Below, piece by piece: positions 37,758 to 46,325 of a stretch of 64,000 nucleotides of DNA. Position 1 is the stretch's first letter. Each line of letters begins with the position of its first letter. The notes below the pieces were generated by a model. The model was given only the letters and a program-made list of their open reading frames with translations. It was not told where the DNA came from and did not search any database. The DNA comes from Candidatus Hydrogenedentota bacterium (lineage in GTDB: Bacteria > Hydrogenedentota > Hydrogenedentia > Hydrogenedentales > SLHB01), in NCBI GenBank assembly GCA_963674865.2, contig CAXXYE010000002.1, forward strand, positions 160,001 to 224,000, given 5' to 3'. The translations under genes were made by a program, and so were the position numbers.

Positions 37758-39319
37758 ATGAAGCGAATTTCCAGCAGGTTACGTGCGTTCAAAGGGCGGA
37801 GTTGGCAGTTCATGTTGCCTTGCCTGTTTGCAGCCCTGACATGTGTCCCCATCGCGTGGGCAGAGCTGGCAGAGATGTTGACGGAATTCCACACCTCTGC
37901 AGAAACAGACAACTCTCAAGAGACAAGTCCAGCGCCCGATCAGTGCGAGGCGTGGATTGCCAGGTTTGAAGAGGCAGTTGCTGAGAATCCGGATGACCCG
38001 CGTCTGCCATTCGCCACGAACGAACTCGCAACGCTTTACGCTTCCATAGGCGAGGAGAGGGAGGCCTTTCGACTCTTTGAACAAGTCCATGACAACGAGC
38101 GAGCGAATCTTGATGCACGTTTCGCCGCAGTTCAGCGAGCGCAGAACCTGAGGTTGAGGAATACCGACTCGGGCCACGATGCCTTCCCCTATTTCGACAA
38201 GATGAAGGAGCTGGCAGGATTTGCCGAGAGCCAGGGGGCGGTACTGGTTGCATCAGAGGCCGTTCAGAATGCCAGAAAGACGAAGTACTACAAGGCGCTC
38301 ATGTTGCAGCAAGAGGCCAACAGAAGGGCTGCCCAACTTAAGGAGCAAGGTGACACTGACAAGGCGTACCAAGTCAAGCTTGACTATCTCACCGAATCCC
38401 TCGCGTACATGGACGAAGACCTTCAAGATACGCGTCCCAACCCGCGAGATGTGGCTGGCGACAGCGCTCGAGCTTGGGTGCTTCTGGAGGCGGCCAAGAT
38501 GGCTAGCCAGCAGGCGAAGCTCGGAAGGACCCTTCATGTGGAGGAGACCGAAATCTCGCATTCACATGAGCACTCCGTTGCCTTCTGTGAGGAGATCCTG
38601 ACAGATTACCAAGATAGCGGGCACGCACTTCAGTTGGCGGGGGAACTGCTACTCAGAGAGTCATTTCCGATCATGACCTCACCAGAAGCCTATCTTAGAC
38701 GAGCGCGGGAACTCAAAGGCCAAGTGGATGTGGGCCTGGAAGTCATCAGTGCTCTGCTGAGCGTGTCGAGCAAACTGTGCAAACCGACGCAAACGCCCGT
38801 AGAGCTAGCACTCGCCACCGGTCTGCTGGACCTTGCCCTGGAGCTTGAGGAGGAGTGGTACGCGACGGAGTTCAAGTCTCACGGCGGCTACCATGAAGCC
38901 CTATTGCGCAAGGGGATCGCTCTAGTAGGCCTGGGGAAGATCGAGGAGGCCCAGGAGCTTCTGTCACTCCAGGCGAGGCTGAACCCGGACTACTTCCCCT
39001 CCCTTCGCAAGAAGCTGCAACTCCAGATCGAACATGCAAGGGGCGAGGCTCACTCCTCGTCACGCAACTGCTTGAAGAACTTGACGAAGGACCTGCGGAC
39101 GACACGCAAGCGTCCGCACCTGACTCCGCAGCCACACCCTCGACCTCTTCCACCCGGTCCGACGCCCGAGCCCCGGCCCAGTCCTCGGACTCCCGACAAG
39201 GAGGGTCACTTGGTGTAAAGGCCTTGGCTGCTCTCGCTTTGCTCTCAGCAGCCGCAGTCGTGGTGAAGCTCGTGGCAAGCCGGGGCCGGCGGAATTCTTC
39301 GGAGGATTTGGATGCTTGA
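37758..39319 (+). CDS. Exported TPR-like helical protein with a probable C-terminal membrane anchor (frameshift near 39048)
   Basis: Signal peptide and helical repeats; ORF ends at 39218, but the -1 frame continues with an S/T/A/P linker, a hydrophobic helix and a basic tail to TGA at 39317-39319. Confidence 0.6.
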
Positions 39320-39445
39320 CAAACGTCTCCTTGAAGCGCGCAGGCGAACACCGTATGCCCTTTCTTGGAATTGCGCAACGGTCGCGCCACTCGTGCTGGG
39401 CGCCCTGATCTACTGTTGCATGGGTGACGCGGCGTCGCCGATTCA

Positions 39446-39494
39446 GGGGAAATTCGGGGGAAATTCGGGGGAACTTCGGGGACAGACTACGAAT
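39446..39494 (+). repeat. RAYT-associated motif with a GGGGAAATTC tandem array
   Basis: Three units, then GGGACAGACTACGAATT at 39478-39494. Confidence 0.85.
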
Positions 39495-39539
39495 TTATCA
39501 GGGCCCGTTGCGTGCTTGGCTGCTGGACAGCGGGGCGTA

Positions 39540-39686
39540 TCAGCCGTGCAGTTTCTTGTACGCCCGGCAGGCCGGACAGTACTTCTGGTAGGAGGCGATA
39601 GCTTTGGCGAGCTTCGATTCGGGACGCCAGCGGCCGTAGATGCAGACGGGGCAGAGCGTGCAGATGAAGGCGAGGATCTTGTTCAT
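39540..39686 (-). CDS. 48-aa Cys-rich small protein, copy 2
   Basis: MNKILAFICTLCPVCIYGRWRPESKLAKAIASYQKYCPACRAYKKLHG; GGAGG RBS; directly downstream of the MBL gene. Confidence 0.8.
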   Translation of the reverse strand: MNKILAFICTLCPVCIYGRWRPESKLAKAIASYQKYCPACRAYKKLHG

Positions 39687-39714
39687 GATGCCTCCTCGGC
39701 CGCTGTGGCGGCCA

Positions 39715-40548
39715 TCACCAGGCGATTTCCGTTTCCACGGGGCAGCGGAAGCAGCGATCTCCCAAGGCGGCCATAAACGCTTGCGTCGCCGCTTCCCCCG
39801 TGCAGTGGGCCAGTCCGATACGCTCGACGCCCCAATCGCGGAACGCGGCGATGGTTTTGGCTATACGCTCCTCGGATGCGCTCCCGAGGTGCATGCCTCC
39901 CATCACCGTGTGGATGCGGGACTCGCCGGTGAACTCTTTCGCCCATGAGACGGTGTTCACAACGCCCGCGTGCGCGCAGCCGAGGATAATCGCGAGTCCT
40001 TGCTGCGTCCGCAGCACGAGGGCCATATCGTCGGGAAACGCGTCCGGCTTCTTGCCGCCGTCCAGCTCGACAAAGAACCGGTTGCTGATGGGCTCGAAGG
40101 CAGTGCTGCGCGGGACTTGGCCGGTGGTAGAGACGCCGGGCATGATTTCGAGCGGCTCGGCGCTGAGTTGGACGCGCCCGGCCTGGGCACGTACGTCATC
40201 TTCCGAAATGCTGAAGCCGGCAAAACGCCACGCCCCGTCCGTCTCGTGGACGTACTTGCTGTCGAAGACGGACGGATGGGCGAATAACGCGGGGCGAGAT
40301 GCCTCCCGCAATACGGCTTCCAGACCTCCGACGTGATCGTAGTGGCCGTGGCTGAGGGCGATCCATGATAGTGTTGATAGCTCTTTGCCGAGGGCCTGGG
40401 CGTTGTGCACGAGGGCGTTCGTCTGTCCCGTGTCGAAGAGTCCCGCGCCGCCGTCGCCTTCAATGAGAAAGGCCAAACCGTGTTCCGCGGCCAGCCCGCG
40501 GTTGGCGTCGGCTTCGTTCTCCATCAAGACGGTGACTTTGTGCATCAC
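39715..40548 (-). CDS. MBL-fold metallo-hydrolase
   Basis: AEHGL, FDTGQ, SHGHYDHVGGL, GCAHAG, GGMHL, HCTG motifs. Confidence 0.9.
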   Translation of the reverse strand: MMHKVTVLMENEADANRGLAAEHGLAFLIEGDGGAGLFDTGQTNALVHNAQALGKELSTLSWIALSHGHYDHVGGLEAVLREASRPALFAHPSVFDSKYVHETDGAWRFAGFSISEDDVRAQAGRVQLSAEPLEIMPGVSTTGQVPRSTAFEPISNRFFVELDGGKKPDAFPDDMALVLRTQQGLAIILGCAHAGVVNTVSWAKEFTGESRIHTVMGGMHLGSASEERIAKTIAAFRDWGVERIGLAHCTGEAATQAFMAALGDRCFRCPVETEIAW

Positions 40549-40562
40549 TAGGCGTCACGTTA

Positions 40563-42422
40563 TCAGGTGGGGGCGACGGTTTCAGGGAAGAACATGGCCT
40601 CGGCGAACTCCATCTGAAAGGCCGGGTCGAGTGAGAGATCGACGTGCTGCGCGTGCCGGGCGATCTCCTCGGCGTGGGCGCGTGCTTTCTGCGATACGGC
40701 GGCGGCCCATGCTCCGGCCAGGGAGGCGTTCCCGACGAAGGCCATTTTCTCATGGGGCAGGTCGCTGGGAAGCAGTCCAATGCGCTGGGCGTTGCTCCGA
40801 CGGATGAAGTTGCCGAATCCGCCCGCGATGTAAACGCGCTCCAGATCACTCACCTTCAATCCGGCGCGCTGGAGGAGGATGGAGATGCCGGCGCGGATGG
40901 CGCCGGTGGCGAGTTGGAGTTCCCGTATATCGCGCTGGGTTAGCACAATGGACTCTTCCGTGCCGGATTCGTGACGCTCGGCCAGGACAAACACAGTTCC
41001 GTTGCCCTCTTGTCGAACGCGCCGGCGGATCGCCTCCGGTATGTGCTCAGGCATGAGGTCGTCACCGAGCAGCAGGCCTTCGCGGATCACCACGCCGATG
41101 CGCAGCAGCTCGGCGACCACGTCTATCAAGGCGGAGCCGCAAATCCCGATGGGCGGCATGTCGCCAATCACGTTGAGGCGAACGTCCCCATCGAGAAGGA
41201 CCTTCTCGATGGCACCGGCGGCGGCGCGCATGCCGTGGTGAATGCGCGCGCCTTCAAAGGCGGGGCCGGCCGCCGTCGAAGCGGCCAGTATCTGGCCATC
41301 ATGGCAGAGGACGATCTCGCCGTTGGTGCCGATGTCCACCAGCATCGCGGGCGCGTCGGTGTCGGCAGCTTCGGTGGCCACCAGTCCCGCGACGGTATCC
41401 CCGCCTACAAAGCCGCCGATTACCGGGAAGGCGTAGGCGCGTCCCCGCGGATGGATGTTGAGCTCGAGTTCGTTGGCTTCGACGAGCACGCCACGCCTGG
41501 CGACAGGTACGAAGGGCACCTCGCCGAGGGCGGCGGGATCGAGTCCCAGCAGTAGTTGCTGCATGGTCGTGTTGCCGGCGAAGGTGGCCTCGTAAACGTG
41601 TTCGCGCGCCACTCCGGCCTGCTCGATGAGTTCATCGATCATGCCGTTGACCTCCGCCACGATGGCGTCGTGTAGGTCCTTCAAGCCGTCCGGCTGCTCC
41701 CGCGCGTGTAGGATGCGGCTGAGCACGTCGTCGCCGAAGGTCGTTTGCGGATTCAGCCGGGAAGTAGTGGCTCGCTCGCGTCCATCGTTCAGGTCGAGCA
41801 GGACGCCGACGAGGGTCGTGGTGCCGATGTCGAAGGCTACCGAGAAGCACTGCGTCCGCGTGTCGCCTTCCTCGAAGTCGATGAGCCGGTGGTCGGCGAG
41901 CACGGCGGTGCCGCTGAAGCTCCAGGCCCGCAGGCGGCGCGGCAGTTCGGCCAAGAGACTCAGGTCGGACTTGAAGTTTCCCAGCACCTCTTCGAGGCGT
42001 TCCAGGTCGGGCGCGGCATGTTCGCGCGAGGGGGGCGTAAGGGTGAGGAATTGTTTGCGCACCGCAGGATTGATCTCATCGGCTGTCGTCTCCGACTCCG
42101 CGCCGAGGATCTGGTACGCGGCGCCGATCACCGACGCCCGCGGAATCTCGATGGTTGTGGGGCCGCAGATGCGCGATTGACAGGCGAGTCGCATGCCTTC
42201 GGCGAGTTCCTCCGCGGAGAATGCCGCCCGCTCGGCCTCGTTGGGCGGGCAGGCGTTCTTGACGACGCGGACGCGGCATTTCCCGCATGTGCCTTGGCCG
42301 CCGCATGGGGTGTTGAGCAAGGCGCCCGCCCGAACGGCCGCCTCAAGGATCTTGGTTTTCTCCAAGACGTAGACGGTTCTGCCGAGTGGTTCGAGGACTA
42401 CGGGTATTTCTGCTTCGCGCAT
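40563..42422 (-). CDS. RACo/ASKHA (DUF4445) corrinoid reductive activator with a 2Fe-2S domain
   Basis: CGGQGTCGKC, RLACQ, DIGTTT, GGFVGGD, DIGTNGE, AAGPAFEG motifs. Confidence 0.92.
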   Translation of the reverse strand: MREAEIPVVLEPLGRTVYVLEKTKILEAAVRAGALLNTPCGGQGTCGKCRVRVVKNACPPNEAERAAFSAEELAEGMRLACQSRICGPTTIEIPRASVIGAAYQILGAESETTADEINPAVRKQFLTLTPPSREHAAPDLERLEEVLGNFKSDLSLLAELPRRLRAWSFSGTAVLADHRLIDFEEGDTRTQCFSVAFDIGTTTLVGVLLDLNDGRERATTSRLNPQTTFGDDVLSRILHAREQPDGLKDLHDAIVAEVNGMIDELIEQAGVAREHVYEATFAGNTTMQQLLLGLDPAALGEVPFVPVARRGVLVEANELELNIHPRGRAYAFPVIGGFVGGDTVAGLVATEAADTDAPAMLVDIGTNGEIVLCHDGQILAASTAAGPAFEGARIHHGMRAAAGAIEKVLLDGDVRLNVIGDMPPIGICGSALIDVVAELLRIGVVIREGLLLGDDLMPEHIPEAIRRRVRQEGNGTVFVLAERHESGTEESIVLTQRDIRELQLATGAIRAGISILLQRAGLKVSDLERVYIAGGFGNFIRRSNAQRIGLLPSDLPHEKMAFVGNASLAGAWAAAVSQKARAHAEEIARHAQHVDLSLDPAFQMEFAEAMFFPETVAPT

Positions 42423-42469
42423 ATTCCTTCCTTAACGGCCGATACGATGTGCGTGTCTAGCGCAGCGGC

Positions 42470-43414
42470 TCAATCGTCATGCTTCGGACAGTAATACGTC
42501 GTGTTTCCGCGAGATTCGCCGGCCACCTCGCCGCTGCGAAGCAGGTGCTCGATACTTTTGATCGCCTCATTCCGATGGATGCCCAGTCCCTGGGCGATGT
42601 CTTCGAGGGAGCACGGGCGGCGCCGCAGCATGTCCAAAACGTCCGAAGGCGAGGTGCCTTTGAACCGTTCGTGCTTATCGTAATCGAAATCGGCGACCAC
42701 CTCGGCGCGTTCGCCAAGCAACTCCTTGAAGCGGGCCATGTCTTCCGGCGACACCGGCTCGGCGCTCGATTCGGCGGGCGGCCGCACGGCGGTATTGAGT
42801 TGGATACGATCCGGCTGGATGCGGTCGATGAGGCCGGCGAGTTTCCCGACGTGTTCATCCGTCCCGGTGATGCCTTTGAGCAGGACCACCTCGAGCCACA
42901 TCGGCCCGGAGTACACTTTTCGGAACGCGACCAGCCCGTTCACGAGGTCGTCGATCCGCAGATCGGAGTGGGGGCGATTCACCAGGCGGTAGGTTTCCTC
43001 ATCGGCGGCATCGAGCGAGGGCACGACAAGGTCCGCCCTCAGCAGCTCTCGCTGCAAGGCCGGATCGCCCAGCAAGGAGCCGTTGGTGAGCACCGCGATG
43101 GGCACGTCGGTGCGGCTTTTCACCGCCGCGATGAACTCGCCGAGCCGGGCGTAGAGCGTCGGCTCGCCGGAGCCCGCAAGAGTGATGTAATCCGGCGCGG
43201 CGCCGGCGGCGAGTTTTCGCTCGATCTCTTCGACAACGTCGGCAAGAGGTACGAACTCCTCGCGGGTTGTAGTCTTGGCGGTGGTGCAGCCGAGTTGGCA
43301 GTAGATGCAGTCGAAGGTACACGTCTTGAAGGGGACAAGGTCCACTCCGAGGGAAAGACCAAGCCGACGTGATGGCACGGGGCCGAAAACGTATTTGAAA
43401 GGGGAATCATTCAT
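42470..43414 (-). CDS. Radical SAM protein
   Basis: FGPVPSRRLG.SLG; CTFDCIYC (CxxxCxxC); GSGEPTL; C-terminal HTH-like segment. Confidence 0.92.
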   Translation of the reverse strand: MNDSPFKYVFGPVPSRRLGLSLGVDLVPFKTCTFDCIYCQLGCTTAKTTTREEFVPLADVVEEIERKLAAGAAPDYITLAGSGEPTLYARLGEFIAAVKSRTDVPIAVLTNGSLLGDPALQRELLRADLVVPSLDAADEETYRLVNRPHSDLRIDDLVNGLVAFRKVYSGPMWLEVVLLKGITGTDEHVGKLAGLIDRIQPDRIQLNTAVRPPAESSAEPVSPEDMARFKELLGERAEVVADFDYDKHERFKGTSPSDVLDMLRRRPCSLEDIAQGLGIHRNEAIKSIEHLLRSGEVAGESRGNTTYYCPKHDD

Positions 43415-43611
43415 TATGTGACCGCCGGATAGTTCGATGGCGCCGCACATACGGCACCGGGAAAGGGTACTCGTTCGTATGGACTTACTTCAAAGACGTA
43501 TCCCACCAGAAGGGGCTCACGACCTCAAGATCCATGCAAGGAGGGAACGCCACCTTACCGTCTCGGGCGACGGCTCAGAAGTGGCTTTCCCTCCTCACAG
43601 GTGAACCGCAG

Positions 43612-43998
43612 CTATTTCTCTTGCGCCTCTTGAGCACTCAGCTCGTCGAGCCGCTGCTTGATTTGTTCCAGTTGCCCTTGGAGCGCGCCCATCTGGTTCT
43701 CCAGGAAGGCGCGTTCATCGGCGGCCGTGGGCTGGGCGTATCCAGGCGCGACGACCGGGGGGGCGTAAGCGCCCCAAGAAGCGCCGCCCCAGAAACCACG
43801 TCGGCCCCAGGCCATGCCGCGGCCCAAACCGAAGCCCCGGCCCCGACCCATGCCGCGGCCGAAGCCGAAGCCTCGGCCAAATCCGCCACCTGCGATAGGA
43901 TTCATGTATCCGGGCATGCCGTAGCCGGCGCAGTAGCCGGCCGCGCGACCTGTCATCGGCCCCATGCCCATAGGTCCTGTTCCATCTCCACCTGGCAT
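43612..43998 (-). CDS. DUF5320-family Gly/Arg-rich protein
   Basis: MPGGDGTGPMGMGPMTGRAAGYC start; C-terminal coiled coil. Confidence 0.85.
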   Translation of the reverse strand: MPGGDGTGPMGMGPMTGRAAGYCAGYGMPGYMNPIAGGGFGRGFGFGRGMGRGRGFGLGRGMAWGRRGFWGGASWGAYAPPVVAPGYAQPTAADERAFLENQMGALQGQLEQIKQRLDELSAQEAQEK

Positions 43999-44097
43999 TG
44001 TTTTTTCCTCCTTAGCGGACGCGCAGGAGCACGTCTGTTCCTTAGATCCAGCTAAACGTCTTGGCCGAGCTCATCGGCCTTCCACTTCAAAGTCTGT

Positions 44098-44310
44098 TCA
44101 GCGTCCGCGGCCTTGCCCGCGGCCTTGGCCGCGCCCCTGACCGCGTCCGGCGCCTTGACCTTGACCCCGGCCCTTGCCGGCGCCGCGTCCAGCGCCCTGT
44201 CCCCGGCCTGCGCCGGGATTCTGCTGCTTGCGGCCGCCGCCGCACGGTCCGAGGCCGCGTCCTGTTCCTGCTCCCTGACCGGCAGGTCCCGTTCCATCTC
44301 CTCTAGGCAT
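44098..44310 (-). CDS. Short DUF5320-like protein with GRGQG repeats
   Basis: MPRGDGTGPAGQGAGTGRGLGPC start; AGGAGG RBS. Confidence 0.75.
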   Translation of the reverse strand: MPRGDGTGPAGQGAGTGRGLGPCGGGRKQQNPGAGRGQGAGRGAGKGRGQGQGAGRGQGRGQGRGQGRGR

Positions 44311-44345
44311 ATCGTTGTCCTCCTAACTGTTTTATTTCGAGTGCG

Positions 44346-44732
44346 TTACCACAGAGGTCCGCGGCCACGGCGCCTGCGAAAACGCCAGCGGCCGCAACGC
44401 CGTCCTCCCGCGCCCATCATGGCGCGGGGCTGCAATTCGCCGAGCACGAGGCCTTCCAGAGCATCGGCAGCCTCGCCGGTGACCCAGGCGTACAAGGCCA
44501 GGCCACATCCCGCCAGGCAATGGGCGGATACCGGGTCGATGCCGCCGCAGATGACGACCTCGACGCCGAGTTCCCGGAGCCTCCGAGCACGCTCGACGGG
44601 CGGCAGTCCGGCCAGCCCCACTTGGCTACGCTCGCCCGCGCTTCCCGGGCCAACATCGGCCACGAGGAAGTCGGAAGCGCAGTCATAGCGCGGCGCAATC
44701 CGGCTACCAAACAAGGGAACTGCAACTTTCAT
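44346..44732 (-). CDS. NifB/NifX-family (FeMo-cofactor binding/ORP-like) protein
   Basis: KVAVP...RIAPRYD; LGVEVVICGGI; Gly/Arg-rich tail. Confidence 0.85.
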   Translation of the reverse strand: MKVAVPLFGSRIAPRYDCASDFLVADVGPGSAGERSQVGLAGLPPVERARRLRELGVEVVICGGIDPVSAHCLAGCGLALYAWVTGEAADALEGLVLGELQPRAMMGAGGRRCGRWRFRRRRGRGPLW

Positions 44733-44756
44733 CAACTTAACCTCCGGCTAGAGGAA

Positions 44757-44772
44757 AGCAATACTCATGCCA
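44757..44772 (-). promoter_or_regulatory. Sigma54 (-24/-12) promoter
   Basis: Minus strand TGGCATGAGTATTGCT matches TGGCAC-N5-TTGCW, upstream of the NifX-like gene. Confidence 0.8.
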
Positions 44773-44848
44773 TGTTCCTGAAATGTCGTAAGATATTGTT
44801 TGAGAGTGGGTTAGATGCTGGCACCTATTCAGGCGAGACAAGGGGGTA

Positions 44849-44879
44849 TTGCAATAATGCAAGATATTGCATGCAATAT
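44849..44879. promoter_or_regulatory. Putative enhancer (UAS) palindromes for the sigma54 activator
   Basis: TTGCAATAATGCAA at 44849-44862 and the perfect palindrome ATATTGCATGCAATAT at 44864-44879. Confidence 0.6.
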
Positions 44880-44931
44880 GCGAAGGAGGAAGGGGGCGAA
44901 GCATCACGCGAAGCTTTGGCGAGGCCGCAGG

Positions 44932-46255
44932 CTACGCGATGCCGTAGCGTTTCATCTTGCGCCACAGGGTGGTGGGATGGATGCCGAGGGCGTCGGCGGT
45001 GCGTTGCCGGTGGCCGCCATGGCGGCTGAGGGCGTTGCGAATGGCGGCGGCCTCGGCCTGATCCAGGGAACCGGGCTGGGGCTGCTCGGCGGGGGCATCG
45101 CCCGCGGCTTTCCGGCAGAGCTCGGGAGGGAGATGCTCGGGGCGGATCTCGTCGCCGCGACACAGCACGAAGGCGTGTTCGATGGCGTTCTCGAGTTCGC
45201 GGATGTTGCCGGGGAAATCGTGCCGCATGAGGACGGCGCAGGCCTCGGGGGAGATCGACGTGATGGCCTTGCCTTTCTCAGCGTTGAGTTTCTCGATGAA
45301 GTGGTCGGCGAGGAGAGGCACGTCCTCCCGGCGTTCCGCGAGTGGGGGCAGCGCGATCCTGATGACGTTGAGCCGGTAAAAGAGGTCCTCCCGGAACACG
45401 CCCCGAGCGACGAGTTCGGCCAAGGCGCGGTTTGATGCGGCGACAATGCGGACGTCGGCCTTTCGCGGCCCGGTGGCTCCGAGGGGCTCGTATTCCTTTT
45501 CCTGAAGGACTCGGAGGAGTTTCACCTGCAACGCGGTGGACACGTCGCCGATCTCGTCGAGGAAGAGCGTGCCGCCTTCGGCCATGGCAAAGCGGCCGGG
45601 CTTGTCGCGCCGGGCATCGGTGAACGCGCCTCGGACGTAGCCGAAGAGCTCTGACTCGAGAAGCGTATCGGGCAGGGCGCCGCAATTGACGGCGATGAAG
45701 GGGCCGTCCTTCCGGGGGCTGAGATTGTGAATGGCGCGCGCGAAGAGTTCTTTGCCGGTGCCGCTGGGGGCCTTCGATGAGGACGGTGCTCTCGCTGGCG
45801 GCGATATCGGGCAGGATGGCGAGGATCTGGTGGATTTCGTGATTCTTGCTGACGATGTCGCCGACGGCGTAGCGGCCGCGGATCTCGCGGCGGAGCAACT
45901 CGATATCGGAAAGATCGCGGAAAGTCTCGACGCCGCCTATGACCGCGCCGGATTCATCGCGCAGGGCGGCCGCGCTGACGCTGATTGGAATCTGTCGCCC
46001 TTCGCCATCCAGGATGGATACGCGGACATCCACAAGGTTCTCGCCGGTGTCGATGGCGCGATGGAGGACGCAGTCCGTCTGACACACGTCGGCGCGGAAA
46101 ACGTCGAAGCATTTCTGGCCGGCGGCCTGCTCCCGTGGAACGCCGGTGATCTCCTCCGCCGCGCGATTGAAGGACGTGACATTCCAGTCGAGGTCAATCG
46201 TGAACACGCCGTCCGCAATCGAATCGAGGATGATGTCTCTGTCGGCCGTGCCCAT
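44932..46255 (-). CDS. PAS-domain sigma54-dependent activator (OrpR-like); frameshift at about 45766-45770
   Basis: PAS with C-x8-C-x3-C; EGPSGTGKE restored by removing one base from a G5 run; [21 protein letters not shown]; Fis-type HTH. Confidence 0.85.
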
Positions 46256-46325
46256 GGGCCTATTATGCCCGGTTGGCGCGGTGAGCATCTACTGCGAGAT
46301 GCACCAACGGGGAGGAGGAGCGGCG

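Noticed and set aside
36638..39494. CRISPR array interpretation of the repeated 17-bp motif
   Set aside because: Copies occur in both orientations, spacing is irregular, there are no uniform spacers and no cas genes
44098..44230. GC-rich tandem repeats as a DNA-level element
   Set aside because: Explained by the GRGQG coding repeats of the DUF5320-like protein
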